From Gammaproteobacteria bacterium (GTDB lineage: Bacteria; Pseudomonadota; Gammaproteobacteria; Magnimaribacterales; D2472): DNA of 58,554 bases. Made by a program: the position numbers and the translations under genes. Below, in pieces: positions 22,845 to 31,242 of this stretch. Each line of letters opens with the position of its first letter. Position 1 is the first letter of the stretch. The notes under the pieces are model-generated. The model made no database searches. It worked only from the letters and a program-made list of their open reading frames with translations, and was not told the DNA's origin. The stretch is from NCBI GenBank assembly GCA_002721465.1, contig PBKO01000015.1:31700-90253 (forward strand), given 5' to 3'.

Positions 22845-23719
22845 AAACGATTAGTAATAACTTTTTGACCATCTTCAACAAAACCCTGTCCTTGAACAAT
22901 AATTTCAATAGAATTTGAAATACCTGTTACCCATAAACCATCTTCAGAATCTTCTAGAATAATAATTTCATTAAAATTGGCTTGATTATCATTTTCAATA
23001 ACTCTTATTCCAAGCTTCCCCTCATCGTTCAATAATAAAATTGAAGGTGAAATTTTATGAGCCATTACCTTATCTATCTTAATTGTCATATTAGCTGTCA
23101 ATCCATCTTTAACAGATCCATTCTTATTTTCTATTTGAGACTCCACATTAAATGTTCTTGTTTCTGATGATGCACTTTTGGAAACAAATGTTAATTTACT
23201 TTCTATTATTTCCCCAGTCACCAGCTCAATAACCACATCTTGATTTTTTTTAACTTTATTAATCTCATACTCCGGAACCCCAGCAGTGAAAATTATTGGA
23301 TTAAGTCTAATAAGCGTTGCACAAACTTGACCTCTTTCTATAAAATTACCAGGTTTTACAATCTGCTCAATAAATCCTGAAAAGGGGGCCTTAACTTCTG
23401 TTCTGTTAAGCTCAACAATTCCCAGACTGCAAAGGACCTTATCTTTATTTACAAACTCACCCTGAATTGCTCCAATTTTTACAACTTCACCAGAGGTTTT
23501 GGCTATTACATTTATCCTTGCCTCAGATTTTGATGTAGCTTTTAATTTTATTAGTGGTTGATATTCAACAGCATTACTTAAAACTGTTTGAACAGAAAAT
23601 AATCCAGTATTATCATCTTGTTTTTCAATGCCGTCATATTTAAAAAAACCAGATATCATCCACAAAACAATAGGAATGAGGATATATAGAGATATTCTTA
23701 TGTTTTTTGTAAATTTCAT
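22841..23719 (-). CDS. efflux RND transporter periplasmic adaptor subunit (short)
   Basis: 292 aa with an N-terminal anchor and a biotinyl-lipoyl-like hairpin (GEVVKIGAIQGEFVNKDKVLCSL..VKAPFSGFI). It overlaps the RND permease start by 4 nt. Confidence 0.8.
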   Translation of the reverse strand: MKFTKNIRISLYILIPIVLWMISGFFKYDGIEKQDDNTGLFSVQTVLSNAVEYQPLIKLKATSKSEARINVIAKTSGEVVKIGAIQGEFVNKDKVLCSLGIVELNRTEVKAPFSGFIEQIVKPGNFIERGQVCATLIRLNPIIFTAGVPEYEINKVKKNQDVVIELVTGEIIESKLTFVSKSASSETRTFNVESQIENKNGSVKDGLTANMTIKIDKVMAHKISPSILLLNDEGKLGIRVIENDNQANFNEIIILEDSEDGLWVTGISNSIEIIVQGQGFVEDGQKVITNRL

Positions 23720-23739
23720 AACTTTAGATTAATTATTTG

Positions 23740-24321
23740 TTAAATCTTATATTTTTTGCGAAGTTTCTCAAACAAACTCTTGCTAAATGGTTTGCGGGCT
23801 TTATCCTTGTCTTTTGATAAATCTATTTCAAAAGATTTTTCGTTGATAAATTTGTTTTTTAATTTTACATATTCTTTTCTAAAAACATAAAAATTTTCTT
23901 TGGTATCTTTTTCATTTAAGAGATTCCAACCAGTTTTGCGTCCTGCGAAGTAAACAATTGGATGAGACCATTTAAAATTTTTTCTTGGTTGATATGACTT
24001 TCTTGCTTCAAGGTATGCTTCTTCAGGACTTGGAAAGCCATCGTTATTGATTATATTCTCACACGCTTTTGAAATATCAGTGAGTGTTGGTAAAAAAGAT
24101 TGTGAGGAAATGACATCTTCCACAGCATTTATAATTACCTCGTTATCAATATTCTTCAAACTAGTAGCCCAAATTTTTTTTCCTTCACTCAATCTTTCGT
24201 CAGTTCCGAAAACCTTATAAAACTGATAATGATAGGCTAGCTCAAGCTTAAGAAACAAAAGATCAATAGTTTTTATAAACTCTTCTTTAGTCGAATTTAA
24301 TTTCTTTTGCCCATGAATCAT
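23740..24321 (-). CDS. phage lambda replication protein P-like protein (candidate helicase loader)
   Basis: The core (aa 40-175 of the 215-aa ORF) matches, from my memory of lambda P, the pattern ..W....L...I......V.....FLP(S/T)....I..C...GFPSPEE.Y......W.H..VY.... I prefer ATG 24321, which has AAGGAAAG 6 nt upstream, over ATG 24387, which has no Shine-Dalgarno sequence. Confidence 0.62.
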   Translation of the reverse strand: MIHGQKKLNSTKEEFIKTIDLLFLKLELAYHYQFYKVFGTDERLSEGKKIWATSLKNIDNEVIINAVEDVISSQSFLPTLTDISKACENIINNDGFPSPEEAYLEARKSYQPRKNFKWSHPIVYFAGRKTGWNLLNEKDTKENFYVFRKEYVKLKNKFINEKSFEIDLSKDKDKARKPFSKSLFEKLRKKYKI

Positions 24322-25078
24322 CTTCTTTCCTTTCGTTGAATGCTTTCGAGTATTTACCTGGTTCAGAATGTTTTGTACTTTTTTCATTATTATCTATGTC
24401 TTTGTGAGTATATCTTCTTTTAACATGTTCAATGTACTTTGAATTCCATGTAGTGAATGCTGATCCATTATCTTTCCAATAAAGGATGAACTCTCTTAAA
24501 TATTTTAACGCAGAATCTTTTGATATATTTGACAACTCAAGAATATCAAATACTTCTTCACCTGGATACCATCTTTCATCAATAGAAAATGGCAAACCCT
24601 TATTAGAACTGGATTCTTTTGCCCATTCCCTTCTAATAAAATCAATAAATGTGATATTCCAATTGTTTCTTTGTTGCGCTCTTTCTATCCAATATACTTT
24701 AAATTCTTTTAACTTAATATCTAAAAAATCTTTACTAATTTTTGTCATTTCAATTATGTCTAAACTTTCTTTTGAGGGCATCCAATCTTGTGAAAGTCTA
24801 GAAAAGGTTTTATTTGATGTTGGTTTCTTAACCTCATAATTATGATTATTTTTTTTGTTCTCAAAATTAATAAATTTATATTTTACTAATTTATTAATTG
24901 ACTTAGCTAAAGAGCCTTCGTCTATAAAACTTATATGTTTTGCAAGTTGATTTGTAAGTTCACTACTTGAGGAAATTTTATTAAAATTTTCTTTTTTATA
25001 TAAATCTAGGACAATTGCGCAATGTAATCCAAGGGTTTCAGCCACTTCTGAAGAAAAAGAGAGTTTACTTTTTGACAA
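24287..25078 (-). CDS. replication-organiser-like protein: putative N-terminal wHTH plus two tandem DnaT-like / phage O-type W-x-P..YW..W repeats
   Basis: TTG start 3 nt after the DAHP synthase stop, with a GGAG upstream. Residues 99-152 and 170-223 form a clear internal duplication (DWMPSKESLDII..ISKD..EFKVYW..W and RWYPGEEVFDIL..ISKD..EFILYW..W). It lies directly upstream of the P-like gene, as O precedes P in lambda. Confidence 0.5.
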   Translation of the reverse strand: MSKSKLSFSSEVAETLGLHCAIVLDLYKKENFNKISSSSELTNQLAKHISFIDEGSLAKSINKLVKYKFINFENKKNNHNYEVKKPTSNKTFSRLSQDWMPSKESLDIIEMTKISKDFLDIKLKEFKVYWIERAQQRNNWNITFIDFIRREWAKESSSNKGLPFSIDERWYPGEEVFDILELSNISKDSALKYLREFILYWKDNGSAFTTWNSKYIEHVKRRYTHKDIDNNEKSTKHSEPGKYSKAFNERKEDDSWAKEIKFD

Positions 25079-25081
25079 TAC

Positions 25082-26131
25082 TTACCTACTCCTTCTTTCT
25101 ATAACCGCATCATTTAATTTATTTAAGCAGTTAACGGTATCTTCCCAACCCATGCACGCATCAGTGATGCTTTGCCCATATATTAAATTGTCTGATATTT
25201 TTTGATTACCTTCATTTAAATGACTTTCAATCATTATCCCCTTGATATTCTTATCACCAAGCTTTATTTGTTCTGAAATATTTTCAATTACAGGTATTTG
25301 CTGTTTAAATTTTTTCTGACTATTTCCATGACTAGCATCTATCATAATAGATTCATTTACATCTGCTTCTCTCAGAGCAGTCAGAGTAGCCTCAACAGAT
25401 TGTTGGTCATAATTTGGATTTTTTCCTCCACGTAAAATAATATGTGAGTCATGATTACCAGCTGTTTTAAGCATAGCAATATCAGCCTCTTTTGTTGCTC
25501 CCAAGAAAACATGTGAATGATTTGCAGCTTGTATTCCATCTATAGCTGCTTTAAGTCCACCATCAGTCCCATTCTTAATACCTATGGGACAGGACAAGCC
25601 TGACGCTAACTCTCTATGAATCTGACTTTCTGCAGTTCTTGCGCCAATTGCACCCCAAGATATAATATCTGTGACATATTGTGGTGAGATAGGATCTAAA
25701 AATTCAGTTCCTGCAGGAAGTTTTAGATTAGCAATTTCAATAAGAAGTTTCCTTGCCATTTCAACTCCTTTAGCTATATCGTATGTTTCATTTATATTTG
25801 GATCATTAATTAATCCTTTCCAGCCTACAGTTGTTCTAGGTTTCTCAAAATATACTCTCATAATTATGAGCAAATTTTCTTTTAATTTTGAATTTTGTTC
25901 CGTAAGTTTAGTGGCATATTCAATTGCACTTTCAGGATCGTGAATTGAACAAGGTCCAACAACAACAAAAAGACGATCATCTTTTCCATGTAAAATTTGA
26001 CTTATTTCATTTCTTGTTCCGTATACAAGTTTTGCAATTTCATCATTAATTGGAAATTTATTCACAAGCTCATAGGGAGCAGGGACCTTTCTACGATCAA
26101 TGATTCTTGTATTATCTGTCGAATAATTCAT
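25082..26131 (-). CDS. 3-deoxy-7-phosphoheptulonate (DAHP) synthase, class I (AroF/G/H type; feedback specificity not determinable)
   Basis: 349 aa with GPCSIHD, YFEKPRTTVGWKGLINDP, IGARTAESQ.HRELASG and DASHGNS motifs. Confidence 0.94.
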   Translation of the reverse strand: MNYSTDNTRIIDRRKVPAPYELVNKFPINDEIAKLVYGTRNEISQILHGKDDRLFVVVGPCSIHDPESAIEYATKLTEQNSKLKENLLIIMRVYFEKPRTTVGWKGLINDPNINETYDIAKGVEMARKLLIEIANLKLPAGTEFLDPISPQYVTDIISWGAIGARTAESQIHRELASGLSCPIGIKNGTDGGLKAAIDGIQAANHSHVFLGATKEADIAMLKTAGNHDSHIILRGGKNPNYDQQSVEATLTALREADVNESIMIDASHGNSQKKFKQQIPVIENISEQIKLGDKNIKGIMIESHLNEGNQKISDNLIYGQSITDACMGWEDTVNCLNKLNDAVIERRSR

Positions 26132-26303
26132 ATTTTAAATTTAAAATTACTAGTGGATGCTTATTATTAAATGAAAGCAAGATAATATAAACAAATTATT
26201 AAAAATTCTTACTTCAATAAAACTTGATATAAAAACATTTTTTTAAGGAAATACACAATATATTGTATTAATATATACTCAAATAACATTATGTTGTGTT
26301 TTT
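26132..26303. promoter_or_regulatory. divergent promoter region between the DAHP synthase operon (-) and scpA (+)
   Basis: This is the largest non-coding spacer in the window (172 bp) and lies between divergent starts. It is very AT-rich and contains the 12-nt perfect palindrome ACAATATATTGT (26255-26266) and TATACT (26274-26279). No -35/-10 pair could be fixed confidently. Confidence 0.4.
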
Positions 26304-27110
26304 ATGCAAAATATTAATCCTGTACAGTCAGAACTTCCGACCATCTTGGGAAAACAATTTGATAGTTTGCCAGAGGATCTCTTTATACCCCCCAATGCAT
26401 TTGAGCTTTGTCTAGAATCTTTTTCAGGCCCAATGGATCTTTTGCTATACCTTATAAGAAAAGAGAATATTAATATTTTAGATTTAAATATTTCAACTAT
26501 TACAGATCAATATCTTGAGTATATTGAGATGGTTGATTCTTTAAAATTTGAACTTGCTGCTGATTATTTAGTAATGGCAGCAACATTAGCTGAAATCAAG
26601 TCAAGATTAATGCTGCCAAAGGAGTCATCTGAAGAATATGAAGATGATCCGAGAGCTGAACTAATAAGAAGATTACAGGAATATCAAAGATATAAGTCAG
26701 TTGCTGAAAAAATTGCAACACTCCCATTGGTTGATAGAGATTTTTATATTGCATCTGCACAAATTCCTGATGTTGAACCCCTTGAAAAGAAGAAATTCAC
26801 AATCTCAGAACACGAGCTTATATCAACAATCAAAGAAGTACTTAATAGGCCAAACTATAAATCGAATCACTTAATTGATTTTGAGGAGCTCTCTACACAA
26901 GAAAGAATTCAGATAATCTTAGAATTTTTAAAAGAAAATAAAATACTTAGCTTTTCAAAAACCTTAAGAAAATCAGAGGGAAAAAAAGGAGTAGTTGTTA
27001 CCTTGCTAGCATCTCTTGAATTAGCAAAAGATGGATATATTGATCTAATTCAAAATAGAAGCGAAGAGTTATTCATTAAATCTAAAAGGAGCTCAAGTTT
27101 TGGATCTTAA
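26304..27110 (+). CDS. scpA: segregation and condensation protein A
   Basis: 268 aa. FSGPMDLLLYLIRKENINILDL..I..QY and AADYLVMAATLAEIKSRLMLP are classic ScpA motifs. Confidence 0.88.
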   Translation: MQNINPVQSELPTILGKQFDSLPEDLFIPPNAFELCLESFSGPMDLLLYLIRKENINILDLNISTITDQYLEYIEMVDSLKFELAADYLVMAATLAEIKSRLMLPKESSEEYEDDPRAELIRRLQEYQRYKSVAEKIATLPLVDRDFYIASAQIPDVEPLEKKKFTISEHELISTIKEVLNRPNYKSNHLIDFEELSTQERIQIILEFLKENKILSFSKTLRKSEGKKGVVVTLLASLELAKDGYIDLIQNRSEELFIKSKRSSSFGS

Positions 27111-27657
27111 AATTATTAATAGCATTGAAGCAATTTTGTATGGAGCAGCTAGACCAATAAGGCTATCTGAATTAAGGGGCATACTTGAAAGTGACGGAAC
27201 GAGTATTGAGCTGTCTGAAATCAAACAATCAATAAATATTCTTGAGGATAGATATAAAGATACTTCAATTGAAATCAAGGATGTAGCATCAGGGTATAGA
27301 ATACAAATTAAAGAAGTGCATAGTTCAAGCATTGGACATTTATGGAGCGACAAAACTCAAAGAATTTCTAGAGCTTTAATGGAAACAATATCAATTATTG
27401 CATATAAACAACCTGTCACAAGAGGAGATATTGAGGACATCAGGGGTGTCACAGTTAGTACTAGAAGCATAAGAACATTGTTAGAAAGAAATTGGATAAA
27501 AGTATCTGGTTACAGAGATGTTCCAGGCCGACCAGCTCTATATATTACGACAAAAAATTTCCTTGACGATCTTGATATGAAAAATCTCTCGGATCTGCCT
27601 CAGCTTCCTGATATTGTTGAAATTGAAGATAAAGAAGTTATATCAAAAGCAATTTAA
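27100..27657 (+). CDS. scpB: segregation and condensation protein B
   Basis: TTG start with AGGAG 8 nt upstream. IEAILYGAARPI, LMETISIIAYKQPVTRGDIEDIRGV and PGRPALYITT motifs are present. Confidence 0.88.
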   Translation: MDLKIINSIEAILYGAARPIRLSELRGILESDGTSIELSEIKQSINILEDRYKDTSIEIKDVASGYRIQIKEVHSSSIGHLWSDKTQRISRALMETISIIAYKQPVTRGDIEDIRGVTVSTRSIRTLLERNWIKVSGYRDVPGRPALYITTKNFLDDLDMKNLSDLPQLPDIVEIEDKEVISKAI

Positions 27658-27660
27658 ATT

Positions 27661-28386
27661 ATGGCAGAAAGACTGCAAAAGTTCCTTGCAAAATCAGGAC
27701 TAGGATCAAGAAGATATTGCGAAGAGCTAATTAAATCAAAAAAAATTAAAGTTAATGGTGCTATCGCTGTAATTGGTTCATCTGTTAATAAAAAAGATAT
27801 AGTTGAGTTTGATGGAAAAATTTACAAATTCATTGATCAAGAAACACAACTCTTAATGTTAAACAAACCAGAAGGAGTTCTATCCTCAAATAAAAAAGAA
27901 AAAAACTTGCCTATTGTTTTCGATTTTTTACCGAGTAAAGATGATGATATAAGATGGATATCAATTGGCAGATTAGATATCAATACTTCAGGATTAATGC
28001 TTTTTACAAATGATGGTAAATTTGCAAACTTTTGTATGCACCCCTCATCACTAATTGATAGAGAATACCTCGTCAGAGCTAGAGGTGAATTTAATCAAGA
28101 GATTAAAGAAAAAATGCTTGAGGGTATTAATATAGAAGGCCATAAATATAAATTGTCAGACATTGTAGAAGGTGAAAAAATATCTTCAAATCAATGGTTT
28201 TCAGTTTGTCTAATGACTGGAAGAAATAAAGAAGTAAGAAAAATCTTCAATGAAATGGGCCTTGAGGTTAGCAGATTAAAAAGAACTAGATTTGGACCAA
28301 TATTTATGCCATCGAGCTTAAAGAAAGGTCAGTATTTAAATTTGTCAAATAAAGAAATTGAATCACTCAAGCATTATGGAACATAA
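27661..28386 (+). CDS. rluB: 23S rRNA pseudouridine synthase (RluB/RsuA family)
   Basis: ERLQKFLAKSGLGSRR S4 domain and the GRLDINTSGLMLFTNDG catalytic Asp motif. It follows scpAB as in Pseudomonas-type genomes. Confidence 0.86.
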   Translation: MAERLQKFLAKSGLGSRRYCEELIKSKKIKVNGAIAVIGSSVNKKDIVEFDGKIYKFIDQETQLLMLNKPEGVLSSNKKEKNLPIVFDFLPSKDDDIRWISIGRLDINTSGLMLFTNDGKFANFCMHPSSLIDREYLVRARGEFNQEIKEKMLEGINIEGHKYKLSDIVEGEKISSNQWFSVCLMTGRNKEVRKIFNEMGLEVSRLKRTRFGPIFMPSSLKKGQYLNLSNKEIESLKHYGT

Positions 28387-28987
28387 AAAGGCTTTTGATT
28401 TTCTTATAAAAAAATCGTTAAGCATGAATTTTAAAGAACTTGCCAAACATATAAAAAAAGTTGGCCCTCTAAAAATAAAAACATCAAATATGAAATTTGT
28501 TGATCATCTAGTAAAAATAATTGTTGGACAACAACTTTCAGTCAAATCAGCTGCTGCAATATGGGAAAGAACTGAAAAAATACTTAATGAAAGTAATTAT
28601 AAAAAACCAAACGATAGTTTGAATAAAAAATTTAAGTCTGCTGGATTATCTAGACAAAAAATTGAATATTTAAATGGAATTATTTTTAATCATGAATTAA
28701 TAGATATGAAAAAAAAAGATCTAATAAAAATGAACTATAACCAGTATTATGATTTTTTAATTAAGCTAAAAGGAATAGGTCCGTGGTCCATAGAAATGTC
28801 ACGTATTTTTTATGTTGGTGACCCAGATATATTCTCAATTCTTGACTTGGGATTAAAAAATGCCCATTTAAAAATATTTGATTTGAAAACATATAACCAA
28901 ATTTTTTATCAAGAATTCAGTCCATACCGAAGTTACATGTGCTTATTTCTGTGGAGAATTCTCGAAGATGAAAACGTTACTATTTAA
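28376..28987 (+). CDS. DNA-3-methyladenine glycosylase II-like HhH-GPD family protein
   Basis: IVGQQLS.KSAAAIW, LKGIGPWSIEM (HhH) and ILDLGLK (catalytic Asp region) are present. The start is ambiguous (28358, 28376 or 28424). Confidence 0.72.
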   Translation: MEHKKAFDFLIKKSLSMNFKELAKHIKKVGPLKIKTSNMKFVDHLVKIIVGQQLSVKSAAAIWERTEKILNESNYKKPNDSLNKKFKSAGLSRQKIEYLNGIIFNHELIDMKKKDLIKMNYNQYYDFLIKLKGIGPWSIEMSRIFYVGDPDIFSILDLGLKNAHLKIFDLKTYNQIFYQEFSPYRSYMCLFLWRILEDENVTI

Positions 28988-29727
28988 TCTTCGTATTCAA
29001 TATAATTATTATCTGAGCCAGAACTTTCTTCAGACAACATCCATAAATAATATTTAATTAATGCATCTGGTTTTTTTAATTGAAGAGGATCTTCGGCTGG
29101 AAACGCATGGGCTCTCATATCAGTTCTTGTTGCTTTTGGATCAAAATTAAAGATTTTGAGTCTCGAAGTTGTCTCAACCTCATCTTTTAAGATTTCAGCA
29201 AGGATTTTAATTCCACCCTTTGAAATAGAATAAGCTCCCCAAAACGAACTTCCTTTTTTAGCCACACCTGACGATGTAAATATAATCCTTGGGATTTCAG
29301 AAATTTCAAGAATTGGTAATAAAAATCTAGATAGTAAGAAAGAGCTTGTGAGATTAACTTTCATAACTTTTTCCCATGTTTTCAAATCGTAATTTTCAAT
29401 TGTCGACAATTTCTCAACAATAGCAGCATTGTTAATAAGAGCATCAAGATTACCATATGTCTTTTGAATGCTGTTTGTAATTTCTTGACAATAATTCTCA
29501 TCAAGATTATTTAAATCACACGTTATAATCATTGGATTAGTTTTATATTTTCTTTTGATTTCGTCATAAACCTGATCTAAAAGTTTTTCATCTTTTGATA
29601 ATAGGATTGTATTTGCGCCATACTTACTGAAATTAAGTGCTAAACATTTTCCAATTCCCCTTGATGCACCTGTAATTAGAATATTTTTATTTAATAAAAA
29701 TTTTGTATCTTCAATATCAATATTCAT
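28984..29727 (-). CDS. SDR family oxidoreductase (YciK-like)
   Basis: TGASRGIGK, NNAA and YSISKGG short-chain dehydrogenase motifs. It is in the conserved ubiG-phosphatase-SDR arrangement. Confidence 0.82.
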   Translation of the reverse strand: MNIDIEDTKFLLNKNILITGASRGIGKCLALNFSKYGANTILLSKDEKLLDQVYDEIKRKYKTNPMIITCDLNNLDENYCQEITNSIQKTYGNLDALINNAAIVEKLSTIENYDLKTWEKVMKVNLTSSFLLSRFLLPILEISEIPRIIFTSSGVAKKGSSFWGAYSISKGGIKILAEILKDEVETTSRLKIFNFDPKATRTDMRAHAFPAEDPLQLKKPDALIKYYLWMLSEESSGSDNNYIEYED

Positions 29728-30389
29728 AGATTAAGATTTGATGAGACCTCTGACACCTCATTTACAAAGGGATAATCATTTTCTTTTAAAAAAATTTCTT
29801 CTAATGAATATCCATAAGAGCATCCAAGTATCCTTGTTCCGGCAGCCAGTCCTGCCTTCAAATCATTTGGATGATCACCAAGATATATTGTTTCTTCTGG
29901 AGCTATACTCAAGTATTTACAGGCTAGTAATATTCCTTCAGGATCTGGTTTAGAGATTTGAACATGATCAGGACATACAATAGTTTTAATATTTTTAAGT
30001 TCTGAAAAAGAATCTAAGATAGGCTTTGCATATTTATAAAACTTATTTGTTACCACTCCATATCTAATAGAGTTTAAATCTAAGAATTCTATGAGCTCAG
30101 GTATTCCAGAGAAAAGCCTTGACTCATTTGTTAAGTTTTTTTCATATTCTGCAAGGAATTCAGATCTATATTTTTTAAAATTTAAATCAGTTTCGTCTAT
30201 TTCAAAAAAAAACTTAATTAATTTTGAGGTTCCCTCTGAAATATGATTTTTTATTCCTTCAATTGAAGCCTTAGGTCGATTATATTTTTTTAAAATATTA
30301 TTAAGTGATATCAAAAAATCTGGAGCTGTATCTACAAGAGTTCCATCCAAATCAAATAAGACAAGTTTAGTTTTATGATTTTCTGGCAT
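29724..30389 (-). CDS. HAD-IA family phosphatase (phosphoglycolate phosphatase Gph / MupP-like)
   Basis: The LVLFDLDGTLVDT motif I, VVTNK motif II and GDHPNDL motif IV are present. Confidence 0.78.
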   Translation of the reverse strand: MPENHKTKLVLFDLDGTLVDTAPDFLISLNNILKKYNRPKASIEGIKNHISEGTSKLIKFFFEIDETDLNFKKYRSEFLAEYEKNLTNESRLFSGIPELIEFLDLNSIRYGVVTNKFYKYAKPILDSFSELKNIKTIVCPDHVQISKPDPEGILLACKYLSIAPEETIYLGDHPNDLKAGLAAGTRILGCSYGYSLEEIFLKENDYPFVNEVSEVSSNLNL

Positions 30390-31074
30390 ACATGAGATAA
30401 TTTACACCAAGATCATTATTAAGATTTGCTTTATGAGTCAAAGGATTATAGAACATGCCCTTTGTTTCAATTAATTCCGCATTTGCTTCTCTAACAAATT
30501 TTGCCAAAGAAGATGGCTTAATGAACTTGCTGAATTCATGAGTTCCCTTTGGAAGAATATTAAAAATATATTCTGCACCAACTATTGCAGTAATCCATGA
30601 TCTTGGATTTTTGTTAATAGTAGAAAGAAAAAGAAAACCATCTGGTTTTAAAAGATCAACACAATTTTTTACAAGATGTCCTGGATCTGGAACGTGTTCT
30701 AATACTTCAAGACATGTAACGACGTCGTAATAGTTTTTCTTTTCAGAGATCAATTCTTCTGCTGTTTTTTCAAAATAGTCAATATTTTTGTTATTTTTTT
30801 GAGAATGTATTTTTGCAACCTCAATTCCAGGTCCTGCTGCATCAATGCCAGTAACAATTGCACCTTGATCAAACATAGCCTCACACAAGAGACCACCCCC
30901 ACAACCCACATCTAATACATTCTTATTTTCTAGATTAATTTTTTCACTGATGTAGGACGCTCTTAGTGGATTAATTACATGCAGTGGTTTAAAGTCACCA
31001 TTTATATCCCACCAGTTTTCAGCAATATCAGAAAATTTTTTTACTTCTTGTTGATCAATGTTTGACATGGCCAT
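30373..31074 (-). CDS. ubiG: bifunctional 2-polyprenyl-6-hydroxyphenol / 3-demethylubiquinol 3-O-methyltransferase
   Basis: VKKFSDIAENWWD..G.FKPLH.INP.R and the VLDVGCGGGLL SAM motif, with the typical UbiG C-terminus. Confidence 0.9.
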   Translation of the reverse strand: MAMSNIDQQEVKKFSDIAENWWDINGDFKPLHVINPLRASYISEKINLENKNVLDVGCGGGLLCEAMFDQGAIVTGIDAAGPGIEVAKIHSQKNNKNIDYFEKTAEELISEKKNYYDVVTCLEVLEHVPDPGHLVKNCVDLLKPDGFLFLSTINKNPRSWITAIVGAEYIFNILPKGTHEFSKFIKPSSLAKFVREANAELIETKGMFYNPLTHKANLNNDLGVNYLMYARKS

Positions 31075-31242
31075 ATTTTAACTCGTAAAAATTTATTAAA
31101 GAACAAATAAAAAAACTATATTTGTAGTGAAACTACAGTTATCTGTATCTAAATTTACTTTAAATTGGTATTTTTTAATTTAATTGACTTGATACAGCTG
31201 TTAAGATTAACTTCACTACACATTATTATATTAAATTTAATT

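Noticed and set aside
24287-24387. Interpreting the O-like/P-like overlap as a frameshifted single pseudogene
   Set aside because: Both ORFs are full length relative to their separate lambda counterparts (O then P). A Shine-Dalgarno-preceded ATG exists for the second ORF, and neither shows internal stops.
23740-25078. Reading the O/P-like pair as a prophage or mobile-element remnant
   Set aside because: There is no integrase, repressor, terminase, structural or lysis gene, and no flanking repeat or tRNA. The genes are packed 3 and 20 nt from core genes on the same strand. Domestication seems more likely, but cannot be proven from one window.
31143-31197. 7-bp inverted repeat CTGTATC...GATACAG (41-nt spacer) and the hairpin TGTAGTgaaACTACA (31123-31137) in the ubiG/pntAA intergenic region
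   Set aside because: The arms are short and sit in AT-rich DNA, so they are easily explained by chance. They cannot be distinguished from ordinary promoter DNA without comparative data.
31165-31242. Hydrophobic N-terminal extension of pntAA from the ORF-track start (MVFFNLIDLIQLLRLTSLHIIILNL..)
   Set aside because: It has no counterpart in PntA. Alignment to the E. coli PntA N-terminus begins exactly at GTG 31243, and the extension lies in the AT-rich divergent promoter region.
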